From: Moniliella sp. 'wahieum'
Lineage: Eukaryota
NCBI GenBank assembly: GCA_003971905.1
Contig: RSEE01000148.1
Coordinates: 62,001 to 119,159, forward strand
DNA: 57,159 bases
Reading direction: 5' to 3'
The position numbers were made by a program, and so were the translations under genes. Below, piece after piece: positions 13,301 through 26,000 of this stretch; position 1 is the stretch's first letter; every line of letters begins with the position of its first letter. The notes beneath the pieces were generated by a model, which did not search any database, was not told where the DNA came from, and saw only the letters and a list, made by a program, of their open reading frames with translations.

Positions 13301-14818
13301 TGCCCCCACGGTATCCGGGACCGGGGAATTAACGATTGGCCACGCGGCGCAAGTACATCAATATCCTCACAGTAGCACCCCTAACCCCCCTCCTCGCAGC
13401 TGCAAGTGTGGCTGTCCCCGTCACAGTCCTGCTACCTGAGGCACGAGCGACACGAGCGCCTGCCCACAGTAGAGGACACCCAAAGCGGTGGCGTAGGTTG
13501 CGAGCGAACGTGTCGAGCCGATACGTTCTTGGATCTTACCGGTCGTACAACAGACAAGGATATCTCAAGGCACAAACCAAGGGAAACCTCGAGAGGCAGC
13601 AAAGAATGCACTGAAGTGCAGAAGCCAGCATACTAGACCTCATTACCAGTTACCTGTATCAGACGCTCCCCCTTTCCCCCATATCCATTCCGTCATCGAT
13701 CGCCCAACCTTGTGATATGTGACCGGGGTTTAGATCTTAGAGGTAGCATGTGGGGTTTCTGACCGAGTATTAAACGTGGCGCGGCCTCGTCCATATGGGC
13801 CTGGAAAGATGGCACTGCCCAAATGTGCACTGCAAATGTGAAAATGCAGTAAGCGCTTGGTGGTTATCCGGTTATCGCTTTACTGTGCCGTCTGCATAGT
13901 ATGCTGCAGAGAGTGAGCTCGTGAGTTGCTTTTTTGGGAAGCTTGCAGTTTGCGGTTTGCAGCTTGAAGCTTGAATCTTGAAGGCAGACCCACGAAATGC
14001 ACGTTTGGCGGAGCACCGCTGTGTCAGGTTTTAGTACATCGGTCTTAGACTGTTCTGTGGAGAGAAGGAGTTGAAAAGACAAGCAGTCCTCTTTTAGAGT
14101 CATTTTGGCCACGAAACAAACTAACCATAATCATTCCCTTCTTTATCAGCGTTATATCCGCTTGAAAACGATGCAGGATTAGATTAGGTTGATTGGGGGG
14201 ACACAGCTGTGTGTGGTACTACTATACTACCACCTCCACCTCGATACAATCGTCGTCGCAACATCTTGTTATTAGGTGATGGAGCCTGCAGCGCTCGGAC
14301 AGTGTGCGTCTGGTTGTGGGATACTACGATCCGCAGGTTATGAGATCCCCCTCGGCCCCGTCCTCTCTGTCCTTTCATCCATCCTCACCACTCGAATCTA
14401 TCTGGCGGGCAAAACACGTGCTAGTAGTATATGGCCCTGCATTGTGTCCGCCATATGTGTTCAGCAGCGATCCTCCTCCCCCCCAGTCAAACCAAGAGGA
14501 AGTATGCGCAACCTGGCACAACTGGCATAGGTGGGCGGACGCCACAGGGTATGAAGAGGTCGACCAGGGGGAATTTAGCGCAGCAAAAGCGCATATGACG
14601 CGCAAGGTGGTCGCCACGTTGGACTTTGGAAGCAAGCATAGGGTGTAGAGTAGTACAAGGACAAGAGCACGCGCCCACCCGACCAGGGAGCTAGGTTGGG
14701 GGAAGGGAGGAAGGGGAGGATCAGAGGATTCAAAAGGATGAGCTGGTCCAACGGCTGGGCACACCAGGCCGAGAGACAGAAAAGAAAAAGGAGTGGGGTA
14801 GGATGGGGATGAGGGAAG

Positions 14819-15884
14819 CTAGAGCAGGCCACAGTCGCGCAAGTTGTTGGAGATGATGGTGTCGTTGACGGCCGACATGACAAACTTGATCTGTTGTGTG
14901 TCGGTAGCACAAGTGTAATGGGGTGTAGATTGTCTTGGCTGGGTTTTTGTTGAGACGAACAAACTTGGCAGTCAAGAATTCGAGGGCGGCAGTGTAATCG
15001 GATCCGCCAGTGTAGTCACTAAAGTAGTTGGCCAGCGGCGACGCCACAATCTTGTCGCGGAAGAGATCGACCTTGTTCATAAAGAGGATGATGGACGAGT
15101 TGAGGAACCAACGCGAGTTGCAAATCGAGTCAAACAGCGTCAAGGCTTCGTGCATGCGATTGACACTGGCATCCTCGTACAGCGCTTGGTCGTACTCGGA
15201 GATGGCAACCAAAAAGAGCAGGGCGGTGACGCCTTCAAAGCAGTGGATCCACTTTTTGCGCTCGGAACGCTGGCCACCCACATCAAACAGCTTGTAGGTC
15301 AGTCGGCCAATCTCAAACTTGGTTTCGGTAATGCCGGTGGTCTTGACGGGGAGCGGAGCACGTCTTGGTCCGTTGGCACATAGTTGGGCGCACCGATACG
15401 GGCAATCGCGTCAAAGTAGTAGGGCGCCGAATCGTTGAGCTGGAACTCGCGCGAGCGGGCAAAGCAGCCCTGGACGCCGGCGTCGTGCCACAGCATGTCG
15501 ATCGCCTGCGCCAAGGCGGGGGGCAGCGTGCTGGTCTCCATCTGGTCCGGGGCAGCGACGACGATCTGGGCGGCAGGCACGGTCTGGGGATCGGCGAGGG
15601 GCAGGTCCAGCACCTCCATGGCCTCGAGCAGCACCTTCATGCTCTGGACGGTGTTGGAGAAGATGATTTCCTTGTAGGACGCACGCTCTGGCTCCGAGTA
15701 GGGGCCGTGGTGGATGAGCTTCATCTGCTTGAGGACGGTGCTCTTGCCGGACTCGCCGGCGCCGAGGAGCAAGAGCTTGACCTCGTTGCGCTGGGCCAGG
15801 CGGGTCGGCCTTGAGCTGGGCATCGATCGCGTCGTTGCGGGCGGCGGCGGCGGATTCGTCGGGGCGGGAAGGGGAGCAGCCCAT
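14819..15884 (-). CDS. Heterotrimeric G-protein alpha subunit, fungal group I (Gi-like); intronless
   Basis: N-terminal MGC (myristoylation/palmitoylation). G1 [14 protein letters not shown]3 [13 protein letters not shown]4 NKVD, G5 TCATDT, C-terminus NNLRDCGLL* (TAG 14819-14821). About 3 frameshifts. Confidence 0.96.
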
Positions 15885-18800
15885 GGGGGGGGGGGGTGGG
15901 GGGGTGCTGCCGACGGGCGAGAGATGGGCGGAAGGCGCGCGGCGGCGACGGCGGCGGGGGCGGCCGTTTCTCGGCCGAGGGCGGGGGTAAGCGGTGAGGG
16001 TGACGGGTGGGGACTGGCGTAGTGGGGGACGCAGTCTCCCATTGTCCAGCGCACATGGCGGGGGCATCACCGGTGCGTGCGGCTGACGGATCGGCAGGGG
16101 AAAGATGCAAACGTTCAGCCTAACTAGTAACTGCACTCGGCGGCGGTGGCTTGGCAGTGGCGCGCTCAGCCTCCTCAGCACAGCTGTGCCTGGTGCTTTC
16201 ACGGCGCGTGTGCCCATCCCAGTGGGCTGCTGGACAGCCGCCGATGGTCGATGGCCGCTGCTGGTTTGTGCATGTTTGTGGGGCGCCGTAGTTGCCCCAA
16301 ACATGTCCATGTGATCGGTCAGATCTCAGAGGACCCCACTGTACTCCTACCGCCTTATCAAATCCCTGCCACTCGGCACTGGTCACTTACCTAGATTGAT
16401 CAGTCACTTCAGCTTCATCCCACGCACTCGCCTCTCGCCTCTCAGCCTCGCCGCCACCGGCTAGGCTACAGCGAGCGTACGAAGAAAAGAAAAAAAAAAA
16501 CGCCTCGGCGAATCTTCCCCCTCCTGAAACTTGCATGTGCTTGGCGGGGCGGAAGCAGACGCAAATTCGGGTGGCGAGGGCAACATGAAAGTTGAAACGA
16601 CGCGCCTCGTCGGGTGTCTGTCCGGTGCCAAGAAAAAATCCTTCTCTTGCTTCCCCACGAACCCATTGCTCCATTCTCGGCCTAGCCTCGACTCTGGTCT
16701 CCCTCGCCTTTGCCCCGGCTATTGCGGCGTGTCCCCAAAAGCAAGATATGGCCAGCCCCACCACAGGCTGGTTTCATAATCAGATCTTGGGCATCGTCTT
16801 TTCCTCCGCCTGGGTCTATCCCCGTTGGTGGATACGCTGTTACTTTCATCGACTACAGGTACCTTCCATTTCTTTTGGAACCCAATCCTCCATGTATAAT
16901 TGCACTCTGTCAGCCAGTGTGGGCAGGAGCAGCCTACCATCCGGAGAAGGCAGTCATTTACCTTCTCAACAAGGACCGCGCAACTGGCGCAGCTCAGCCT
17001 GCGGCCACATCCGGGGGTATAAGGGGACAGTCCCGAGCAGCTCGGAAGTGTCGACTCTGCTGGGTATGTTCGTGCTTGGGGTGGTCGGTGAGAGCCTGAG
17101 GGGGCTAGGGACTCGGACAGACTTATTATCGACGTATTGTAGGGGTGGCTGCTGGTACGGCAAGACTACCTACTAAGCATGCCCTGGGGGTACTAATGCA
17201 TTTGAAGCTGTTTGTACTCTGGTACAGGAGAAAGAGGCAGCGTAGAACTACGTTCCCCGCACTTCGACTGGAATGGGAACCGGAATTGCGGCTGAGACTG
17301 AATGGTGGGATTGAAAGATCTCTCCAATCACTAGTTACAGGACACCAAGACCAAGCACAGAGCGGCTGGGGAGCTTGACTTGAGAGGGGATGTTCGGAGG
17401 CGAACGGCAGAGAGAGTAGGAGACCATTAGTAACTATAAGAGGAAAAGGAGTTGCCTCTACTGTATGAATTGACGAAGGAGGTGGAGAAGCCAACAGATC
17501 GGGGAGAAACCATTGCATATACAAGCAGGGATTATATAGGGGAAACAAAATACAGTAGTGGAAGAACGGTGGGACAGACGAGGCGCTGGGGAGCGGAGAA
17601 GAATGACCGTTCCACGTGCGGTAACAAGAAAACAGGCGGATCAGCTGCGTGCATCCCCTCCCGGGATGAAACATGAACGATCGAATGAGTCAAAGGTGCA
17701 ACTGTTGTGCCAAAAACACGTAGCGTCGATGACCGCTCGGGCGAGAGGACATGGTCCCACTTAACTCCACGATTGAGACAAGGTTGGGGCTTAGAGGATA
17801 ATGAGCTCAGACCGCTGATAAAGCAGGGGGCCCTCGATCGGATCGGATCTGCAGAGGCCCACAACGTCACTGCCTTCCCAATGCGTATGCTCAGGCCTTT
17901 GTTGGACGGCTTCCGTGGTAACTCGACTCTATCGCGGAGATGGCATTACCAACGGATCGGCTAACCCATATAAAACCAGGGAACTTACTGTCGGCATGGC
18001 TAGGCCAAAAAGCTCTCTTGCGCGTCTGTGGAAACAGAATATGCCAGGGTGAGAAAGCGAAAAGAGCACGTATACTAGGTTTGCTGGTCATGCTCATCGC
18101 CTGTGAAACAACTTCCGTCTGAATGACTATGACTCGTTTTTGTATTGTTCCTGTCTGCTTATCTTCGACATTTGACTCTACTGGATTCTTTACTGATTGT
18201 TCATCAATCGATCCTTGACCGCGCACGGCAACTTGCGTCTCCCGAATAGCTTTCCAGCACCGGGACCCTGTTCATAGGGCACTTTCATCCACCCTTCCGA
18301 TTGTTTCCTTCTTCACACCCTTCAATCCCTTTTGCGATCTTCCAACTGACATGCGGATGGACATCAGGTGTGGATCTCCCCCTTTTCAGTGACAATACGG
18401 AGAAGCTATACGCTTTACTTTGGGCCTTTCTCGCATGATTATTCCCTTTCTTGGCTGAGTATGGGAAGCGTTCATTCACCTTTTGTTTGTATAGCAATAG
18501 TCTATTTGCCAATATTGGCCTACGTCTCCCGGCGTGTCAGTTGGACAGCAGAGCTGAATGCGATGAGAGATGGTCAAAGACAGGAGGAGGTGGGACTAGG
18601 CCTAGCAGGGAAAAGAAGAAGAGAGAGGGATCATGGAGTCGGGCGCTAGACTAGCCTGGAGACAGATTGAACATATCGAATCAGACTCAGCGCTCAGCGC
18701 GGTCAACCCATGTGGGAAGCAAGTCAGCATGGGATCGAGATCATCGGCCCTTGGACCCCCCCGGGTTAACAACCAATCTATCTTCTTGACCCATTAGGCC

Positions 18801-21800
18801 ACACTTCCGCGTTCTGTGCCTAGTTTATCCACGACGACACTGACTAGCTTTCAGCGGTCACCTCTTCATGGTCATACAGTAGACATCTATTTCTGTCGAT
18901 CTTCATCATCCAGTCCCCCGTACGGATCCCCTGTGATGCATGTGACCCGCCGAGATGGTGAAGACAAAACCTTTCCTACCTTCTAGACTGTGTGCACGGA
19001 CACGCTACGTAGCCCCGTTCTCCGGCGCATAGCCGTTGCCACCCGAGCTGTGCCTCCCCGGTTAACACTGAGTACTGAGTCCTCACCTGTCCCTATATAG
19101 CCCCACTCGGATCTGTCGATGGTGTTCACTTACAATCAACCACTGATGAGTGGCACATCCTTCTCCAACTAGGTAAAGCATCTTAAACTGTAGGGTAGGG
19201 TCCAGTCCAGGGTCCCTGTCCCTATTTGTTTTATAGTTGGTGAAGGTGATACAAACGCGTACCGAGAAAGGAGGCGCTTTCGCCATTGGCAAAAGATAAA
19301 ATGTGTAAAGTAGATTACCGCCAACGGGATTAGCTCACGGCGAACATGATATTGCTCTTTTTGGCTTTCCAACCCTTCTTTAGGTTGTCAAACTTCATGT
19401 TGTTGAACTTATTATTTAGCTAACGGGGGTGGAGCTGTGGTAAAGTCATAAATTCACAGCATAGCTCCTAAGAGTAAATAAGATCATGTGGTTGCAGTGC
19501 TGTGACCACCAGTGGTCTAGACCCCATCGGCCTTCAGTAACACGTGGGCCGATGCACGTAGTGAAACCCGGGCACTGCAGTGAGCTCGGACCTTCAATGA
19601 CTAGATTCCACTGGCCTCCAACCCAGGAGCCCATCAACGCCCATAGCTCTATAGCCTCCTTAGCTCTTGAATGCCATCTCTATTCCTCATCGCTAGCATT
19701 GCTACTAGTAGCTAGTAGGCCTGTGACAAGCGCCATGCTGCCAGTCGGATGCACCAGTGAGAGTACAGCCCGCGATTCATCCGCACAGCAGAACTCCCCC
19801 ACACCGTGCAGACCAGTGTAGCAGAATTTCACAAGAAGTTTGTCGATCATAATCCGGGGGGAGTATGCACACTCTCATGGCGGATGAGGCCAGTGAGCTT
19901 GCCCGATGCGCTCCGTACTCTTGTTTTCTCCTTTAGTTGCTTGAATGTACGACCATCAATTTTTGGGGAACTGGGGACCAGTGGCCTCTACCATGTCCAT
20001 CAGTATGTGGAGGATGGGTCCACGCTCGTCCACACCGATCTCGGGACTGCGCATCACAGTAACAAAACGAATGAACCTCCCCGATACAAAATAGCGTCCC
20101 TAGCATATCTCAATAAAGACAGGGCAGCCCGGTGTCGTGCATCGGTGAAAACTTAAATGAGCAGAGAAGCGAGGGAGATTATTCTTTCTTGGCATCCACT
20201 TAAGAGCATCCACTTAAGAGTATGCACATTCGACAGGTGCGCGAAATGCGCTTCGCCAATACCGTAGACGCGACAATGTGGCACTCAATCCCTCCCATTC
20301 GAAGCAAATGCTTTCGTTGGGGAGAGTACCTTGTTCTTTCATGCGTAGCACACTGATGATTTACTTCTGAATTCAGTTGTAGCCACATGACGATAATGAT
20401 ACCGCCACTAAAATGACCGATTGAAGCTTGTATACACAACTATTTTGGAAGTTTGTGATTATTCAAGGCCAGGCTGTACATGCTATCTAATCCATAGCAG
20501 TCTGTGGACCCCAATTTGATGCAAGGTGAAACCCCTGATTGACTTACCACTTACTTTTGCATCCAACAGTACATCGGGAAAGATCAACCACACCTGTGGT
20601 TGAAAGCGGATGAAGCTTTTCTCCAGGATGACACGATGACAAAACAGAGAGCAGATAATTCCAGCAATCATTCCTACATTCTGGACTCGTTTCGGGGGTT
20701 AGTGGAATCGTTTCGGGGGATGAAAAAAGGGACACCGCCCATGGCTATATCTGCAAAGGATCGCTCCTCATTACTATGTATCTCCCGATGTAGCGTTCGT
20801 TGTTTTCTGCAACCCCAAATAGAGATTTATGTTGGATTAAGTTTGCAGTTTGCAGCTACCCGAGGAAATAATTATATCATATCCGTACACATCTGAAATA
20901 CAGCCAAATGGTACACGATCCCAGCGACTATGGCCGGCATATTGTGCAATGTCCCGCTGTTAATTTTGGTTATGAAATTGTAGAATACCTCGCTGTTCAT
21001 CCCTGTTCCTTCGTTGCGCATGCCGACGTTGGTTAGGGCACTCTTGACAGAGCAGATCGTTATAATGGTCACGTCTATTCGGTTTTTTGGAATGGGAGCG
21101 CTTGAGTGCGGTGTATGCCGCCGGAAATTCGAAACAGAGAGTGGGTACTCACTCGTTCATAGCCATCTATTAACCGTTCCTCTTCAATTGCCCTCTGTGA
21201 ACTAGCTCGATCATCCGGACACAATGCACTGTGTAAACGCGTATTCCCACAACCAGCATGTCCAATTTTGGTGAAAATGGATACTGCAACGGCTAGCCAC
21301 GGCAAGGGGGGCCCAACATGTGGGCATGTAGGACCAAATCCGGATACACGCATTTATTCACGGTCTTCATAATGCGTGGAAGTATTAGAAATCGTAGCTA
21401 TACATGCACACACTGCTCATCAAATTAGCATAGGGATGCTCTGCGTTAATAGGCTCCTGAGTCCAATAGTGAAGTTTGCCCGGAAGGAACCCCACACTTA
21501 CTGTCATAATTTATGGGTATCCGTTTGGTACCATAACCATATGGTTGCTTTTACTGCAACCGCTGCGTCTTCCCCCCTCCTGTATCACTGACGTTGAAAC
21601 TAAACAAGGTATTTGTATAAAGTGTTAGTGCAAATATGAACAGTTTAGGACGATGCTGTGCCAGTTGTCAGTGCCAAGGTTTCCTATCCTCCGTCATTTG
21701 GATTACATCTTTTATCACCACATAGATTAGCCGCCATTCATGTTTTCTTTCGATGATATGGAAATATCATCTCTGTAAGTTCTTCATAATCCCGCAGGAC

Positions 21801-22833
21801 TTCTCCAATTTTAGAATGGCATCAAGCCCCCGCCTCTCCATGTCGTCCAGCTCAATCGACATTAACATATGCGGAAAATTACTAGAAACATGGCGTGATT
21901 CCCGACAGGGACCTCAACATTGTGCGTGTAGCTCAGACGCTAGGGAGGGAACGTGATAGAGTTTGTTCCTCGCACGGTTGTTAATTTTATCCGTGAAGAT
22001 CTTCGGGTCGGGTGGAAGAATCCAGCAGGCAAGCTGCGCTCTCCATGCTTGCACCAGATCCCCTCTGTGTCAACGGTCGTATTCCCGTCAGGAATTGATT
22101 GATTGCTTGTAGCCTTGTGACATACCCTTGATCTTTACGCCCTTTTGTAAATGGTGCATTGTGCTGATCCCATTCTTTGGATTGGTGGATGTTCCCAAGC
22201 CGCACGTTAGAATAATCGGACGAACAATGGGCTGAAGGCTGAAGCCCATACCACTTCCAGTGTCGCTTCTGGAAAGCAGTGCCATACATAAATTACCACG
22301 TGTGTAACAATATGGCTCACTTTGAAGTCGCGATTGCATTACCAGAGCGAATAGTGACTGGAAGGAAGGCGGGGGTGCGTGCGGTGTGCCCCCTCCCCAT
22401 TGGTCAAATATCCACTCTGCTGGTGAGTCCAAGCTCCTTCCACCCTTGGTCCTTGCGGCGTCAGGACAGTGCTCTCCATGTATTCATCATCCCCCTGCGC
22501 GCCAAACCGAGTTGATCGCGAATGATAGCAAGATACATGCAACGACAAGGGTGCCGATATTTCCAACACTTTTGGATATTGTGAGGGACCCAAGAGGGTT
22601 TCTCGTTTTCCACGACAAATGGAGGACGTATCGTTAGTATAAGCATGTGGAGTTGAGGAGGAATGCCATTCTCGTCGCACCGTATGCCGATATTAAGGAG
22701 AAGCAATCATTTTCCGATGTGCACCACTGCCCGAACAGGAACCATTCCCCGAGAAGTGTAAACGAAGCTACCCGCACAGTGTTCAAACAATTGTGAAGTG
22801 GTGACAGTTCCCGGACAAGAATAATTCTGCAGC

Positions 22834-22992
22834 TGTTGACATCCGTCCTAGGACGCGCGGACCCTGAGTCACGTGAGTCAGCTTTCATTCCTTCCGAGCT
22901 CGCACCAGTCTTCTGGACGAGTCAGTCGCAGAAGCTTCTTAGTCCAATACGACGTTCAGTGCTCACATTCTGTGGTAGTAGCGAGGCCGACA
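22834..22992 (+). repeat. 5' LTR (159 bp)
   Basis: TGTTGACATCC...GAGGCCGACA. By eye it is identical to the 3' LTR except for one extra C in the 3' copy (GGACCGCGC vs GGACGCGC). Confidence 0.97.
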
Positions 22993-23045
22993 GAGTTACA
23001 TCCTTATCTGCTCATCCTGAGCTGGCCAAAACTACACCCACAACC

Positions 23046-26000
23046 ATGGGCGCCAACGCTAACACCGATCTCTCGGTCAGCGACACCACAATGGTGAACA
23101 AGCGCGATTACTGGACACCAACCGGTCGCGATCCGCCACCGATTGGCACCGACAACGAGGAACTCATGATGCTTTGCGCCGAAGCGCACCTGTGGTTCAA
23201 GAAGACGAACGACATCGATGTCGTTAAAGAGAAGATCAACAGAGCTATACACGACAGAGCCGAGTGGCTTGGATGGAAGACGAACCTACGTCTACCACGA
23301 CAAACTGGGTTCGACGGGCTACGAATTTTGTGGTGCAAAACATCCACCAAATGGAAACTCAACCCAACGCAACTTTGGGGGCACCTACAGGCGCAGCCTC
23401 GCGACCCGAGTACGACCTTTACAGATCACTACGCGAGTCTCCCACCAAGAATATCAAGTGGCCTGATCTGAACAAAGACCCGTCCGCCTACAGCGCTTGG
23501 GAAGACGAATTTCTCTTCGCGATAACAGATGCCCACCCCCACGCAAGCGACGTCGTCCAGATGGTCGCAGCTCCCGCTACTTTCACCGAGGACCTCGACA
23601 GACGCTTGGCCAACCTTCTTAGGGAAGCCATGCCGTCAACCCTCTTCCGGACGATCCGCACCCACACGAAATATCATGCACCCAGGACACCTGAACATGC
23701 TGCGTCAGCGGTATGGATATACGCCTACCGCAAACAGAGGGCCTCTACTCATTCGCTACTTTTCGGCCGACCAAGGAAACCGATCGGGTCGAGACTACAT
23801 CGACTACATGGAAGAGATCAGTGCAAGCCTGACGCGAGCGGGCATCCCACTTACGGAGAGCAGGAACGCACTGGGATCCTACTCGGCTTACGCGACATGA
23901 GCATTCGCCAGCGTGAAGAGAGCTCGAGTCTAGACAAGTTACGGCAGGCCGTGATGGACATACCAGCCGCCACGATCCGGTGGAGAAAGGAAGAGAAACG
24001 GAGGCAAGCCGGTCAACGGAGGAACGCCTTGGACTCGACCCGACAGGGGGGACGACCCACCAGCGGGGGAAAAAACTCCAGCGGGGGCAAAAGCCGGCGA
24101 CGACAACCTCGCGGACACAAAGACCAAGGGGCAAGACCGCACCAACCAACCCTGGCGCAGCGCGACGTCTAATAAACCTGTTGTCCCTCCGCGCAACCAG
24201 GCCGAGCCAACGCTCACGTCGCTCAGAGCGAGCTCTCCCGAGTCTGAAGTGATTGACGTTGATGCGGGCACAGCTGATACTAGGAACTCGGGGCGAAATG
24301 CGAATCATGGGCATTATATGACAGTGGGGCATTCCCATCCATTTGGAAAGACAAATCCGTCTTCACATCCATGACCCCTTGCGACGACGAGATAGAGGTT
24401 GCTAACGGGACACATGTAAAGGCGGAAGGACGAGGCACGGCCACAATCCGTATCCGATGCTTAGGAGGACACCAAATGGAGATAAAACTCCCCAACAGCC
24501 TATACATGCCCCGTTTCAGCCGAAATCTCGTCAGTGTAGCACACCTGTCGAACACCGGAATCGCATCATACTTCGCCCCACACCAGAAGGGTATCTGGCT
24601 TGGTAACCCAGGATCCACCCTACGAAAAGTAACCGGCAGTGACTATCAATTCACGATCTTACACAACCCGCGAACGCCACCCACACCCTGCGGGCCATGG
24701 CGACCAAACCGATCAAACCGGCCGACCCACCCTCAACCCCAAACTCCCTCGCAGCATCCCTGGCCCTGGACCACGTCTCTAAAGCCCACAAACGCTGGAA
24801 CCACGCAGCCATCGACCTCCTCCCCTGGCTTACACGATCGGAAACCGCAGGCCTCCGCGTCACAGCCAAGCATATCTCCCTCTGTCGTTCAGAGTGGGAT
24901 TGCCCAACATGCGCGGTGGCACTAGCGACAGCATCGCCCCATCCGAGCCGGGACCGCCTCCGATCCAAAAGACCTTTCGAGGTCCTCCACGTCGACGTAG
25001 TAGACCTCCCCCGGGTAACCGGCATGGGGCACGGATACGCCCTCGTCGCCGTTGATGACTTCACGCGGTACGTCTTCACCACAGCGATCCCGACAAAGGG
25101 CGCTGCAACGAAGGAACTGCGGAACCTCATATTGCGGGAGCAACGCTACGGCCCGGACAGACTGCTGCGGACTTTGCGCACGGACAACGCCCCCGAATTG
25201 ACAAGCGCACTGCAACCTTTTCTGGACGAGCAAGGCATCACGTCAGAACGGACAATCCCGGGGCAGAGTGCTAGCAACGGTGTGGCTGAGCGTGCCATCC
25301 GAACCATAACGACTCGTGCAAGGCAGTTGCTCTTGGGTACAGGTCTTCCGACGTCGGACTGGTGGGAACACAGCCTCCACGCTGCGTGCTTCACCCAAAA
25401 CCAAATGCCACTCAAAACATCCGGGGAAGACAACAAATCGCGATTTGAGCGATACAAAGGCCACGCATACTCGTTACCGATGCAACCCTTTGGCCGCTTG
25501 CATACCTCCATCTGCCCGAGTCACGCCGCGAGCACAAGCTCAGCGCGCGGGCAGAGGAAGGTATGCTGGTAGGATACCACCATCAGCGCGGATCAAAGGG
25601 ATGGCTCTTCGCCACATACCAACCATCCCTGGGTACCTTCACCTACCGCTGGTCGAAACCGTACAAATGGGGCAACGCCATCTACCCCCATCTCCACCCC
25701 GACCACTTCCCACCCGACATCTCCAAATCACCTCAAATTAAAATCGACAGTGAAAAGACGCTAACCCTACTCCGCCAGCCGCGGCAGCACCCATGCCCCG
25801 AACCGCCGCCACACCCCAGACACCCGCTCCCACCACCACCCCCCCTCCGCGCCGCTACCCCCTCCGCCAGCGCACCACCCGCACCTCCCTCGACCTGCAC
25901 ACACTCCCAATCGCTGACGACCCCACCGACACGACCTACCATGCTCGTGCTGCAGCCGCCACGCCCCACTGCGCCGCACCAGAGATCGGCATCGCCCGCC

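Noticed and set aside
21566..21600. Minus-strand FNVSDTGGGKT, a Walker A-like string
   Set aside because: It is followed by a stop four codons later, depends on a G homopolymer and has no recognisable Walker B. There is not enough to call an NTPase relic.
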